NCBI GenBank assembly: GCA_015056915.1
Contig: SVFK01000008.1
Span: 42,624-106,623 of the forward strand
From: Lachnospiraceae bacterium
GTDB taxonomy: Bacteria; Bacillota; Clostridia; Lachnospirales; Lachnospiraceae
DNA: 64,000 nucleotides
Reading direction: 5' to 3'
The notes beneath the pieces were generated by a model. The model had not been told where the DNA came from and made no database searches. It was given only the letters and a program-made list of their open reading frames with translations. Of the stretch, positions 39,054 through 49,542 are shown in pieces (positions within the stretch are counted from its first letter, which is position 1; every line of letters begins with the position of its first letter). Both the position numbers and the translations under genes were made by a program.

Positions 39054-41303
39054 CTACAGCGTATTCACCGGGTCAAAATCAAACTGTACACTTTCATTCT
39101 TAAGCTGCCATTGCTGCAGTTTTTCCTCCAAAGCATCCTTTATATCTATCAACGTCTCATATTCCTTATGTTTTACATAGAAAACAAATCTGAAAATGTC
39201 ATTGATTTTTCCTATGGCAGCTGTGGAAGGACCGATTATCTTGGGCTGCTTATATGCAGGCTCATAAATATCCACCATAGACTTTACCATGCTAGATAGT
39301 CTTTCTGCAAGGCATTTTCCGCTTTCTTCCTCTCTGGCATAGATTTGTACTGCCAGCATATGGGAAGCAGGCGGATATCCTCCCAACTCTCTGTATAGGA
39401 TTTCCTCCTTATAAAAGCTTTCATAGTCCTGCTTTTCCGCATATACAATGGAATAATGCTCCGGCTGATAGGTCTGTATTACCGCTTCACCGGGTAATTG
39501 TCCCCGTCCGGCACGCCCCACTGCCTGAGTCAGCAGCTGAAAGGTTCTCTCACCGGCGCGATAATCTCCCACACTTAGGGACAAATCTGCCGCTAACACA
39601 CCTACAAGCGTTACCTTGGGGAAATCATGCCCTTTTACTATCATTTGTGTACCAATTAACACATCCGCCTCTTCGTTGGCAAAGGCCGTCAGAATGTTTT
39701 CATAGCTGTCCTTTGATTTGGTAGTATCTGCATCCATGCGCAGAGTACGCACACCGGGAAACAGTTCCTTCAGTTTATCTTCAATCTGCTGGGTTCCCGC
39801 CCGAAAACCCATGATGTATTTGGAATTACACTTGGGACACAACCTTGGCATAGGCTCCTGATAGCCACAATAATGGCACATCAGCACGCCTCCCTTGTGC
39901 TCCGAAAGAGATACCTCACAGTGTGGACATTTCATCACATGTCCACAGGAACGGCAGGATATAAACCCTGCGTATCCTCTTCTGTTCAAAAAGAGCATAC
40001 TCTGCTCTCCCTTTTGCAGACGGTCCGCCAATAACTCCTGTAGCTTTCTACTGAAAATAGAACGATTACCTGACTTCAATTCCTCACGCAAATCCACCGT
40101 ATAAACCTGTGGCAGGCTCTCTCCGGTCAAGCGTTCACTCAATTTAAACAGGCGATATTCCCCTTCACTTGCCCGAAAATAAGCCTCCATGGAAGGTGTA
40201 GCGGAACCCAGCACCACACTGGCTCCGTGTAATCTTGCCACCTCCATGGCGGTTTCTCGCGCATGATATTTAGGTGTTCCTTCACTCTTATAGCTGCTCT
40301 CATGCTCCTCATCGATTACAATCAAACCGATATTGGGAAAAGGAGTAAACAGTGCTGAACGCGGACCGATAATCACATCAATCTCACCCTTTTTGGCACG
40401 CTCGCACTGATCATATTTTTCTCCGGGTGACAGAGTGGAATTCATCACACTGACCCGCTCACCAAATCTTTTATAGAATCGAAGCAAGGTCTGATACGTC
40501 AATGCAATCTCCGGTATCAGCACAATGGCCTGCCTTCCACGACTTACCATTTCCTCAATCAGCTGAATATATACTTCTGTTTTGCCGCTTCCGGTAATAC
40601 CATGAATCAGGTATGTCCCCTTTTGTCCATGGTCATAATCCCTTATAACCTCTTCCACAATGTGAAGCTGACCTTCACTTAAATGCTTTCTGTAATCCTG
40701 TGTCGCAGAGAGCTTTACCGGATTGCGATAGCTCTCTTGGCTTACCAGTCTTAAAGCGCCGGCCTTCTCAAGACTTCTTACAGTGGCCATGGCCACTCCC
40801 AGCTTGCCGGTAACCCACTCATAGGGAATGGTGTCCTGCTCTACAAGCTCTCGCAAAAGCCTGACCTTGGCCGTCTGCTTCTTTCGCTCACTCTCGCCTA
40901 ACAGGGAAATAATCTCCTCCCGGTTCATCAGGCGTTCAATGCGTTTGTGCTCCAGTTTTTTCACACTTTTCTTGGCAGGCAGCACTGTTCTTAAAGCCTG
41001 AATCATGGTGGAACCATAATTCCTGCGAATCCATCCCGCCAGAGTCACAAGCTTATTCTCAACGCCCACATCCTCCTGCACAATCCCTGCAATATCCTTA
41101 ATCCGGGCAGAATCGAAATTACATTCTTTTCCAATGCCGATTACATATCCCTTAATCAGCTTATTTCCTTTGCCAAAAGGAATGGTAACACACATGCCTA
41201 CATCCAGCACTTCCTGTAGCTTCTCGGGCACACGGTATTGAAAGGGTCTATCCAGTTTTTCATGGGAAATATCCACTATAATGTCTGCATACAGTGTGCT
41301 CAC
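39054..41303 (-). CDS. priA: Primosomal protein N'
   Basis: GITGSGKTEVY, DEEHE, SATPS, LNRRGY, CxxC clusters, GTQMIVKGHDFP, QAVGRAGR. Confidence 0.97.
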   Translation of the reverse strand: MSTLYADIIVDISHEKLDRPFQYRVPEKLQEVLDVGMCVTIPFGKGNKLIKGYVIGIGKECNFDSARIKDIAGIVQEDVGVENKLVTLAGWIRRNYGSTMIQALRTVLPAKKSVKKLEHKRIERLMNREEIISLLGESERKKQTAKVRLLRELVEQDTIPYEWVTGKLGVAMATVRSLEKAGALRLVSQESYRNPVKLSATQDYRKHLSEGQLHIVEEVIRDYDHGQKGTYLIHGITGSGKTEVYIQLIEEMVSRGRQAIVLIPEIALTYQTLLRFYKRFGERVSVMNSTLSPGEKYDQCERAKKGEIDVIIGPRSALFTPFPNIGLIVIDEEHESSYKSEGTPKYHARETAMEVARLHGASVVLGSATPSMEAYFRASEGEYRLFKLSERLTGESLPQVYTVDLREELKSGNRSIFSRKLQELLADRLQKGEQSMLFLNRRGYAGFISCRSCGHVMKCPHCEVSLSEHKGGVLMCHYCGYQEPMPRLCPKCNSKYIMGFRAGTQQIEDKLKELFPGVRTLRMDADTTKSKDSYENILTAFANEEADVLIGTQMIVKGHDFPKVTLVGVLAADLSLSVGDYRAGERTFQLLTQAVGRAGRGQLPGEAVIQTYQPEHYSIVYAEKQDYESFYKEEILYRELGGYPPASHMLAVQIYAREEESGKCLAERLSSMVKSMVDIYEPAYKQPKIIGPSTAAIGKINDIFRFVFYVKHKEYETLIDIKDALEEKLQQWQLKNESVQFDFDPVNTL

Positions 41304-41321
41304 AATCCTTCTCCTATTTCA

Positions 41322-42800
41322 TCAATGACTTTCGTCCAGTATCTCCTGAATCAATACTCTCTCGTCCATAGGGTACTTTACACCCTTAATTTCCTGATAA
41401 TCCTCATGTCCCTTACCCGCCAATACAATAATATCTCCGGGCTCGCCATGGGCAATGGCATAGGCAATAGCTTCCTTACGATCACAGATTTCCACGTATT
41501 TACCGGAAGTCTTAGCCATTCCCACCTTAATGTCATCAATAATTGCCTGAGGCTCTTCAAATCTGGGATTATCGGATGTAATAATGGTCACATCCGCCAA
41601 TCTGCCGCTAACCTCGCCCATCTCAAAACGACGCTGTCTGGAGCGGTTGCCTCCGCAGCCAAACAAACACACCAAGCGATGGGGCTCATACTCCTTTAAG
41701 GTAGTCAGCAGACTCTCCAAGGCCATAGCATTGTGTGCATAATCAATCAGAAGGGTGAAATCCTCCGATACCTTCACCATCTCAATCCGTCCTTTTACAT
41801 GAGCTGTTAAAAGAGCTTTTCGTATATCCTCTTCCTTCACCTGAAAATGACGACAGATTGCAATGGCTGTCAAGGCATTATATACACTAAATCTACCCGG
41901 TGTGGGGACTTCCACGTCAAAATCAAGCAGGCCTGCCACATGAAATGCCACTCCCAATTCTCCGGCTTTACGTACCAATTTCATATTTTCTGCGCGAAGC
42001 ATACACTCCTGACCCATACCAAAGCTTTCCAATTCACAGGTATGCCCTTTCACCACCTGCTCCCAATGCTTATCGTCACCATTGACAATACCCACCTTGC
42101 ATTGCCTAAACAGCATACCCTTATACATCATATATTCCTCAAAGCTGGCATGCTCATTGGGTCCGATATGATCGGGCTCCAGGTTAGTGAAAATACCATA
42201 ATCAAACAAAAATCCCTGTGAACGATGTTGCATCAGTGCCTGAGAAGACACCTCCATCACCACCGTATCCAAGCCGGCTTCCACCATCTGTGCAAAATAC
42301 TCCTGCAGCAGATAGGACTCCGGTGTAGTATTGTTGGCGTGAATGTGCGTATCTCCGATAATCACTTCTATCGTACCTACCAAACCAACCTTGTAGCCTG
42401 CATTTTCCAAAATAGACTTCACAAGATATGTAGTAGTGGTTTTGCCTTTTGTGCCGGTAATACCGATTACCTTCAGTTTATCTGCCGGATTGCCGAAATA
42501 AGCTGCCGAAATAAATGCCATGGCATAGCGGGTATTCTCTACCTGAATAATCGTCACATCTGCATCAGACGGTACTTTCACTGCCTTGGATACCACCAAC
42601 ACCTTGGCACCCTTTGCTACCATCTCTGCCGCATACTCATGCCCGTCAAATACCGCTCCTTCAATACATACAAAAAGACACCCTTCTGCAATATCCTTTG
42701 CTTCTTTCCTGGAATCATAAACGATTTGACTTACCTCTCTATCCAGTTCTCCTTGAATACACTTATATTCTAAATTCTTAAGTAAATCCGTTAATTTCAT
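41322..42800 (-). CDS. murE: UDP-MurNAc-tripeptide synthetase (meso-DAP-adding)
   Basis: GITGTKGKTTT, TTPES, MEVSSQ, DYAHN, SDNPR (DAP-type motif), LAGKGHE. Confidence 0.95.
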   Translation of the reverse strand: MKLTDLLKNLEYKCIQGELDREVSQIVYDSRKEAKDIAEGCLFVCIEGAVFDGHEYAAEMVAKGAKVLVVSKAVKVPSDADVTIIQVENTRYAMAFISAAYFGNPADKLKVIGITGTKGKTTTTYLVKSILENAGYKVGLVGTIEVIIGDTHIHANNTTPESYLLQEYFAQMVEAGLDTVVMEVSSQALMQHRSQGFLFDYGIFTNLEPDHIGPNEHASFEEYMMYKGMLFRQCKVGIVNGDDKHWEQVVKGHTCELESFGMGQECMLRAENMKLVRKAGELGVAFHVAGLLDFDVEVPTPGRFSVYNALTAIAICRHFQVKEEDIRKALLTAHVKGRIEMVKVSEDFTLLIDYAHNAMALESLLTTLKEYEPHRLVCLFGCGGNRSRQRRFEMGEVSGRLADVTIITSDNPRFEEPQAIIDDIKVGMAKTSGKYVEICDRKEAIAYAIAHGEPGDIIVLAGKGHEDYQEIKGVKYPMDERVLIQEILDESH

Positions 42801-42944
42801 AGCCGCACCAACCTTTCCCGACAGGGCAGACAAATGCCCCCACCAGAATAAAACATATCAATATATTTTACTCCATTTTAGGCATTTCTACCACCCCTAA
42901 TTTAATATTCCCTAGCGACTTTATTACAAAACTCTCTAATCCAT

Positions 42945-43029
42945 ATATGTAAAGAAGCCCCGGCAAAACCGGGACTTCTTTACGATTTTCTTATGAGGGG
43001 GGGAGATAGTGAATTTATCAACTATCTGA
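42945..43029 (-). ncRNA. Candidate small regulatory RNA (~85 nt)
   Basis: 5' hairpin AGATAG..CTATCT, then unpaired CCCCCCCTCATAAG, then terminator-like hairpin GTAAAGAAGTCCCGG/CCGGGGCTTCTTTAC. Upstream are GACACA direct repeats and a TAACAT -10. No expression data. Confidence 0.5.
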
Positions 43030-43144
43030 AATATATGTTACAGAGAAAATGTGTCTAAAGTGTGTCCAATTCCTTATTTAAATCTAAAAAAAGAATTGTA
43101 AATTCATAAAGCATTTCTTTACAAAAAAATGTCTTCTATGCAAT

Positions 43145-44962
43145 TTAGCAGTAATTCTGCATTATAAACTGCATTTTTGTATTTCCTCTAAAGGTATTCA
43201 AGCCCAGTTGATAGGTCACAGACACGAGAAAATCTCCTTTTCCGGCATATAATGCTGCCTCACTTCCCGCGCCGTACTTTTCTTCGAGAAATGCCCCGAA
43301 ACGCTCCAAATCTCCGAAATATACCATTTCTATGGGCATTCCCTCCGGTGCATACACGCGAAATCTTGCAAAATTTCCATTTGCTCCCATCTTGTAACCG
43401 GCTTGAAAACGAATATCCTTTTGCGCAAATAACGGCTTGGGATTACCTACGCCAAAAGGCTCCAGCAAAGACAATTCTCTTGCCAAAGCATCCTCTGCAT
43501 AGCTTAAAGGCATGGGTACATCAATATGTACCTCAGGAATAAAATCCTCCTCCGTAAGACCGCTTCTTTCATTGAGAGCAGCCCGCAATGGCTCAATATC
43601 CTCTTCTCTCATGGATAGACCTGCCGCCAGCTTGTGTCCTCCAAACTTGGTAAAATACTGCTTTACCTCGGTCATGTGCTCATACATATGATAGCTTTCG
43701 ATAGAACGTCCTGAGCCCTTTACACCCTCCTCGCCCTTTGTGAGAATAAATACCGGATGATTATATTTCTCGCGAATACGTCCCGCAATAATTCCAGCCA
43801 GACTCTCATGCACCTTGGGTAAATAGATCAGCATAACATTATCCTGCTCCAAATGATGCTCTGCCACATATTGCTCCGCTTCCTCTACCCCCTTAAGTGT
43901 CATGTTCTTGCGGCTGTCATTTAAAGCTTTTAATTCGCTTGCTGCGCTCATAGCCTCTGTCTTTGTCACACTCTGCAGTAATTCCAAAGCTCTTTTCGCA
44001 GTGTCCAAACGTCCCGTTGCATTGAGACAGGGACCGAGTACAAACCCCAAATGATAGGCATTCAGTTTCTCCGGTTGTACACTATTTACCTCCATCAATG
44101 CTCTAATACCCGGATTGGCTGTGTTTTGCAAGCGTTTCAGACCTTCTTTTACGATGATACGGTTCTCATCCTTAAGCTCCATCACATCACAGATTGTTGC
44201 CAATGCCGCAAATTCCAGCAGTTCCTCTAAAGTTTGGTCAAAACTTCCACATCTGCTTATCTCCGTGGTGTCTCCGGTGTATTCTTCTGTAGCTTGTGAC
44301 TGCTCGCTCACTCGCTCATATAATGCCTGTATCAGCTTGTATGCCACAACACCACCGCAGATATTTGGAAAAGGATAGTTGCACTCCGCTCTCTTAGGAT
44401 CAACAACAGCAAGCGCAGGAGGTAATAACTCCTTGCGTATACCGTCTTCTTCAACAAAAGGAACTTCGTGGTGATCTGTCACAATGACCTTAATACCATA
44501 GGATGCTGCAAGCGCAATCTGTGGAGCCGCAGCAATACCGTTATCACAGGTCACTATCATTCCGATACCATCTTCTCTTGCTTCTTCAATCAGGTTATCA
44601 TTTAATCCGTAGCCATCATGAATACGATGGGGAATTGCCACATCCACCTGCGCCTCCAACATCTGCAGTCCCTTCGTAAGAATATAGGCAGAACAAATAC
44701 CATCCACATCATAATCCCCAATCACCCTGATAGGTACACCGTCCGATTTTGCCTGCAATATCAATTCCACAGCCTTCTCCATGTCCTTTAAAAGCCACGG
44801 AGAATAACAATCCTCCAATGTCCCATGTAGGAATTTTTGAATCTCTGTTTCCTCTGTCAAATCACGATTCCGCAAAATCCGCGCCACCACAGGACTAATA
44901 TGAAATTCTTCTGCCCACTTATCAAAATCAGCCTTTTTGGCGGCCACATACCACTTCTCCAT
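43145..44962 (-). CDS. recJ: ssDNA-specific exonuclease RecJ
   Basis: GDYDVDG, TCDNG, TDHH, GSGRS, GGHKLAAG, LEPFGVGNPKP. Confidence 0.96.
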   Translation of the reverse strand: MEKWYVAAKKADFDKWAEEFHISPVVARILRNRDLTEETEIQKFLHGTLEDCYSPWLLKDMEKAVELILQAKSDGVPIRVIGDYDVDGICSAYILTKGLQMLEAQVDVAIPHRIHDGYGLNDNLIEEAREDGIGMIVTCDNGIAAAPQIALAASYGIKVIVTDHHEVPFVEEDGIRKELLPPALAVVDPKRAECNYPFPNICGGVVAYKLIQALYERVSEQSQATEEYTGDTTEISRCGSFDQTLEELLEFAALATICDVMELKDENRIIVKEGLKRLQNTANPGIRALMEVNSVQPEKLNAYHLGFVLGPCLNATGRLDTAKRALELLQSVTKTEAMSAASELKALNDSRKNMTLKGVEEAEQYVAEHHLEQDNVMLIYLPKVHESLAGIIAGRIREKYNHPVFILTKGEEGVKGSGRSIESYHMYEHMTEVKQYFTKFGGHKLAAGLSMREEDIEPLRAALNERSGLTEEDFIPEVHIDVPMPLSYAEDALARELSLLEPFGVGNPKPLFAQKDIRFQAGYKMGANGNFARFRVYAPEGMPIEMVYFGDLERFGAFLEEKYGAGSEAALYAGKGDFLVSVTYQLGLNTFRGNTKMQFIMQNYC

Positions 44963-44984
44963 GTATCTACGTCAATCTCTCTTT

Positions 44985-47249
44985 CTAGGAATCGCTCTCT
45001 ACCTTAGGAGGGAATTTCTTGCGAAGAACACACCACAGTGCACCAGCCAGGCACACGGACGAATAGGCTCCGCAAATAATACCTACTATCAAAGGCAATG
45101 CGAAATCACGGATACTGGTTACTCCCAGAATATATAGTGCTACAACCATAATCAAGGTAGTCAGAGAGGTGAAAATACTTCTGGATAAGGTCTGTGTGAT
45201 ACTCTTATTCACAATATCCTCCAAAGTATCCCTTCTGGTCATATCCACCATATTTTCACGCACACGGTCAAATACTACTATCGTCGCATTCACAGAATAA
45301 CCCACAATCGTAAGCAGACACGCAATAAAGGTATTGCCTACTGACACTCTTGCCACCGCATAAAATGCAATAACTACCAGGACATCATGTACCAATGCCA
45401 CAATACTGCTGACACCGAAACGGATATCACTGAAGCGGATACGAATATATATGAGCATGCCGACAATGGCAATGACAACTGCGATAATCGTATCTGATTT
45501 CATTTCATTACTGATGGTGGAGCTTATGGTTTCAGAGGTAATCATGCTTTCCTCCACACCAAAGTTGTCCAAAAACATCTGATTCAAAGCATCACGCTGT
45601 TCCACACTTAAGGATTGCGTTTTGAAAATCACCTCGTTGGAATCCTCAACGGTCTGAATCTGCACAGCACTACCGGTTATCTCCTCAATGAAAGGAACCA
45701 CTTCACTATTAACAGTTTCAAGCTCTTTTCTTTCATTAAAGTTTACAGTGGTAGCTGTACCACCCTTAAACTCCAGACTGTAATTCAAGGAATCTCCCAC
45801 ATTGACTTTATAGATTCCCATCACAATAAAGCCTGCTGCAATCACGGCCAGAGATATACCGAAGAATACTTTCTTCTTTCCCAAAAAATTAATCGCCTTG
45901 CGCTCTTTTGTCACGCCGTACCATTTCATATCCTTGAAGCCGATAGCATAAAAGGCATTCATCACCAGTCTTGTTACCACAAGTGCTGTAAACATAGAGA
46001 GCACAATACCCAGCGCAAGAGTCTGTGCAAATCCCTTTATGGTACCGGGACCCAATATTAACAATACAGCTGCCGCAATCAAGGTGGTTATATTACCGTC
46101 TACAATAGCGGACAAAGCTTTGTCAAAACCGATTTTCACAGCACTTTTTACGGTTTTACCGGTTGCAAGCTCCTCACGGATACGTGCAAAAATAATCACA
46201 TTGGCATCTACTGCCATACCGATAGACAGAATAATACCTGCCACTCCTGACAAGGTCAGTGTCATATCAAAGCCCTTTAATAACAGCACAACCAGCGCAA
46301 CATATAAGGTCAAACCAATTCCAGAAGCCACACCGGCAATATAATAAACCGCTATCATAAAAATGACAACAAGCGCAAATCCAATAACGCCTGCCTTTAG
46401 ACTGGTATTAATGGCTTCAATACCAAGCTGTGCACCTACCACTTTAGAATGCAGTTCCTCCAATTCCAGCTTCAGACCTCCGATACGGATGGTAGAAGCC
46501 AACGCTTCTGCTTCCTCATAGGATTCCATGGGGGAAATCTGTGCATAGCCGTCAGTAAATACTCCATTTACACTGGGCACACTCACAAATGCACCGTCAT
46601 AATAAATACCGAGGGTTTCTCCCCTCTCGTAAGCACGTTGGGTAGCCGCTGCAAATTTCTGTGTACCTTCTTTTGTCATATTCAATTCAACAACATGCTG
46701 AGAACCCATGTTATCCTGCATCGTTGCAGCACGTGCTGTTTCTACGTCAGTACCCACTAGCATTACGGAGCCTTCTGCTTCCAGTTCCTCAATGGTCTGA
46801 TTCAGAACACAGGCATAACTCGCATTACCATCGTCATCTGTTACTGGTTGCCAGGAATAATTGGCATTGCCTTCATCGTCTGTTTCAGCAATAAAGTACA
46901 GTGCACCGGGCTTACCAAGCTCCTGCAAGATTGCGTTAGCATCATCCACTCCGGGAATTTCGATATTAATTCTATCGGAGCCCTCCTGATATACAATCGC
47001 TTCTGTGCTGTAGCCCTCCACACGCTTTTGAAGCTTGGCAATGGTATCCTGCATATCAGTATCATCCGGTGTTTCATCTCCCACTACCTGATAGGTAATG
47101 CTGACACCGCCTGCCAGATCAAGTCCCAGCTTTATATCAGAAGCACTTCCGGTGCCTTCCGCATCCACGCCGAAAATATCAATATAGCCTACTCCCAGCA
47201 GAATCAGAATCGTACACAGAAGTACTATAAATCCTTTACTTTTCTTCAT
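44985..47249 (-). CDS. secDF: Fused protein translocase subunit SecDF
   Basis: LGLDLAGG and GMAVDANVIIFARIREE (SecD half); EFKGG and GYSVNATIVVFDRVREN (SecF half). Confidence 0.95.
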   Translation of the reverse strand: MKKSKGFIVLLCTILILLGVGYIDIFGVDAEGTGSASDIKLGLDLAGGVSITYQVVGDETPDDTDMQDTIAKLQKRVEGYSTEAIVYQEGSDRINIEIPGVDDANAILQELGKPGALYFIAETDDEGNANYSWQPVTDDDGNASYACVLNQTIEELEAEGSVMLVGTDVETARAATMQDNMGSQHVVELNMTKEGTQKFAAATQRAYERGETLGIYYDGAFVSVPSVNGVFTDGYAQISPMESYEEAEALASTIRIGGLKLELEELHSKVVGAQLGIEAINTSLKAGVIGFALVVIFMIAVYYIAGVASGIGLTLYVALVVLLLKGFDMTLTLSGVAGIILSIGMAVDANVIIFARIREELATGKTVKSAVKIGFDKALSAIVDGNITTLIAAAVLLILGPGTIKGFAQTLALGIVLSMFTALVVTRLVMNAFYAIGFKDMKWYGVTKERKAINFLGKKKVFFGISLAVIAAGFIVMGIYKVNVGDSLNYSLEFKGGTATTVNFNERKELETVNSEVVPFIEEITGSAVQIQTVEDSNEVIFKTQSLSVEQRDALNQMFLDNFGVEESMITSETISSTISNEMKSDTIIAVVIAIVGMLIYIRIRFSDIRFGVSSIVALVHDVLVVIAFYAVARVSVGNTFIACLLTIVGYSVNATIVVFDRVRENMVDMTRRDTLEDIVNKSITQTLSRSIFTSLTTLIMVVALYILGVTSIRDFALPLIVGIICGAYSSVCLAGALWCVLRKKFPPKVESDS

Positions 47250-47267
47250 CTTTTCTTAGTCCTTTCC

Positions 47268-48656
47268 TTACTCCTCCGCAGCCTGTGCCGCCTTCATCAT
47301 AATCGCACACTCAATTCGCTTCTTCTGCAGTTCGCAACCAATATCATAGGCATCGTTGATATGACCATGGAAGTTATAGGAATTGGCTGCACAACCACCG
47401 CTGCAATAGAATTTGGCGAAACATTTCTTACACTTTTCCTTAGCATAAACATTGCAGCACTTAAATTCATCCCTGATGTCTGTATTAACAATACCTTCAT
47501 CCACATTACCCATCAAAAATTTCTCATTTCCCACAAACTGATGGCAGGGATAAAAATCCCCCCAGGGAGTCACTGCCAAATACTCTGTTCCCGAACCGCA
47601 TCCGGAAAGGCGCTTAGCCACACAGGGACCGCCGGACAAATCAATCATAAAGTGGAAGAAATTAAATGCCTTTCCCTCCTTACGGCGCTTCAGCATCTCT
47701 ACTGCAAGCTTATCATACTCTTCTTTCAATCTGGGCAAATCTGCCTCTGTAATCGCATAAGAATCAGTGGGCTCCGCCACAACAGGCTCCACCGAAATCT
47801 GCTGAAAGCCAAGGTCTGCCAGATGCAATACGTCCTCTGCAAAATCCAGATTATTATGCGTAAAAGTACCTCTCACATAATAATTCATCTGCTCTCTGCT
47901 CTCTGCCACCTTCTGAAATTTCGGGACTATCAAATCATAGCTGCCCTGTCCACCACGGAAAGGACGCATTTTGTCATGCACCTCTTTGCGGCCGTCAATA
48001 CTTAACACAATATTGGACATTTCCTTATTGGCAAATTCCAGAATTTCATCATTTAACAATACACCATTGGTAGTCAGAGTGAAGCGAAACTTTTTATTGT
48101 GAGGCTCCTCCAGACTTCTGCCATACTCTACCAGATCCTTTACCACCTGCCAATTCATCAGGGGCTCTCCGCCAAAGAAATCCACCTCCAAATTGACACG
48201 GCTACCGGAATTGGCCACCAGAAAATCCAGAGCCTTTTTACCCACTTCAAAGCTCATGAGCGCGCGTCTGCCATGATATTCTCCTTCTTCAGCAAAGCAA
48301 TATTCACATGCCAGATTACAATCATGGGCAATATGCAGGCACAAGGCTTTTACAACTGTCTGTCTGTTCTTGAAGTCAAATACATAATTCTCATAAATAT
48401 CCGGTGCAAATAACTGTCCTGCCTTCTCCAGCTCCAATACCTCATCCACAGCCTCCAGAATCTCTTTCTCCGGATAAGGAATATTGCCCAGATTTAAAAC
48501 GGCTGCCTTAATCGTATCAGCATCCTTGATGCCTTCATTTACAAGGGGCTCCACCAGGGGAATCATGTCGTATACAATATCATCAACCACATGCACAGAC
48601 CCGCTGTTTACGTCCATTACAATATTAAATCCATTGTTTTTATACTGATGTATCAT
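47268..48656 (-). CDS. scfB: SCIFF radical SAM/SPASM maturase
   Basis: N-terminal RRE-like region; CNLACEYC; FFGGEP; SPASM GCGSG..YPCHQF..CKKC..YCSGGC; directly downstream of the SCIFF peptide. Confidence 0.93.
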   Translation of the reverse strand: MIHQYKNNGFNIVMDVNSGSVHVVDDIVYDMIPLVEPLVNEGIKDADTIKAAVLNLGNIPYPEKEILEAVDEVLELEKAGQLFAPDIYENYVFDFKNRQTVVKALCLHIAHDCNLACEYCFAEEGEYHGRRALMSFEVGKKALDFLVANSGSRVNLEVDFFGGEPLMNWQVVKDLVEYGRSLEEPHNKKFRFTLTTNGVLLNDEILEFANKEMSNIVLSIDGRKEVHDKMRPFRGGQGSYDLIVPKFQKVAESREQMNYYVRGTFTHNNLDFAEDVLHLADLGFQQISVEPVVAEPTDSYAITEADLPRLKEEYDKLAVEMLKRRKEGKAFNFFHFMIDLSGGPCVAKRLSGCGSGTEYLAVTPWGDFYPCHQFVGNEKFLMGNVDEGIVNTDIRDEFKCCNVYAKEKCKKCFAKFYCSGGCAANSYNFHGHINDAYDIGCELQKKRIECAIMMKAAQAAEE

Positions 48657-48680
48657 GGTTATATCCTTTCTAACATATAA

Positions 48681-48706
48681 TAAGCAGCGACCGGAATCGC
48701 TGCTTA
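48681..48706 (-). terminator. Hairpin (partial terminator or stabiliser) between scfA and scfB
   Basis: Perfect 10-bp stem TAAGCAGCGA/TCGCTGCTTA with a 6-nt loop and a weak T-tail. Confidence 0.6.
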
Positions 48707-48731
48707 CGTTAGTCTTAACTGTCCTGTTCGA

Positions 48732-48875
48732 TTATTTAATCTTTTCGCAACTCTGATTTCCTACGGTACAAGAAGTCTTACAAGCAGACTGGCAAGAGGT
48801 CTGGCACTCACCACAGCCGCCCTTCTTCATAGATTCCTTCAGATCTCTGGTTGTTAAAGTCTTAATGTGCTTCAT
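48732..48875 (-). CDS. scfA: Six-cysteine ranthipeptide precursor SCIFF (47 aa)
   Basis: Hand translation MKHIKTLTTRDLKESMKKGGCGECQTSCQSACKTSCTVGNQSCEKIK; AAGGAGG SD; below the ORF track cut-off. Confidence 0.95.
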   Translation of the reverse strand: MKHIKTLTTRDLKESMKKGGCGECQTSCQSACKTSCTVGNQSCEKIK

Positions 48876-48993
48876 AAAAATATAGCCTCCTTATGTTTTT
48901 CAACGTCAATAGACCAATAAACATTTTGTAGTATAACATAAAAATACCATTTGTAAAAGAGTTTTTTGCAAAATTACATTCTTTTTCTTCATT

Positions 48994-49386
48994 TTATCCC
49001 AGCATACCACCCAGGGTTCCTCCGGCAGCGCATAAGGTCAGCGTAGTCAAGAAAGAATTCCCAAGCTCTCCCACCGATTGATTTACAAGCAGAGATATTA
49101 CTGCCAGCACCACAAAATAAGCTGCTCCCAGCAACATCCCCCATAAAAATTTGCGTGTCTGTAGCTTTTTACCGGCGATAAATCCTGCCATAAAGGTTGC
49201 TATGACATAGATTGCACTAATCGCTATGGATACAATCCCCTCTGACAACCCCAACTTATACAATAAAAACGCTAACAGCAACAATAGTGCTGCTGTCAAT
49301 ATGTAGGAAAACAAAAGACACTTTAACAAGAAAAAAACAGGAACCGGATTGTCCCCTCCCGTTCTATTCGCAGGCATTCTTTCCAT
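48994..49386 (-). CDS. TIGR04086/DUF3792-like membrane protein
   Basis: Four TM helices, GFIAGKK..KFLWG and C-terminal GGTLGGMLG; usual neighbour of SCIFF loci. Confidence 0.8.
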   Translation of the reverse strand: MERMPANRTGGDNPVPVFFLLKCLLFSYILTAALLLLLAFLLYKLGLSEGIVSIAISAIYVIATFMAGFIAGKKLQTRKFLWGMLLGAAYFVVLAVISLLVNQSVGELGNSFLTTLTLCAAGGTLGGMLG

Positions 49387-49453
49387 ACCAAACCTCCCAT
49401 ACTATATTAAGAATCTTTTTCTAATTAAAGGATATGCCACAGTGTCTGAAAAC

Positions 49454-49482
49454 TTGACAACTCCCCGCTTGTATTGTATAGT
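49454..49482 (+). promoter_or_regulatory. sigma-A promoter of the CNNM/CorC gene
   Basis: TTGACA-17 nt-TATAGT. Confidence 0.7.
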
Positions 49483-49542
49483 TTTGAATAAGTTTCTATT
49501 AACTAAACAACTCAAATTATATTACGAAGGAGTGAATATTTC

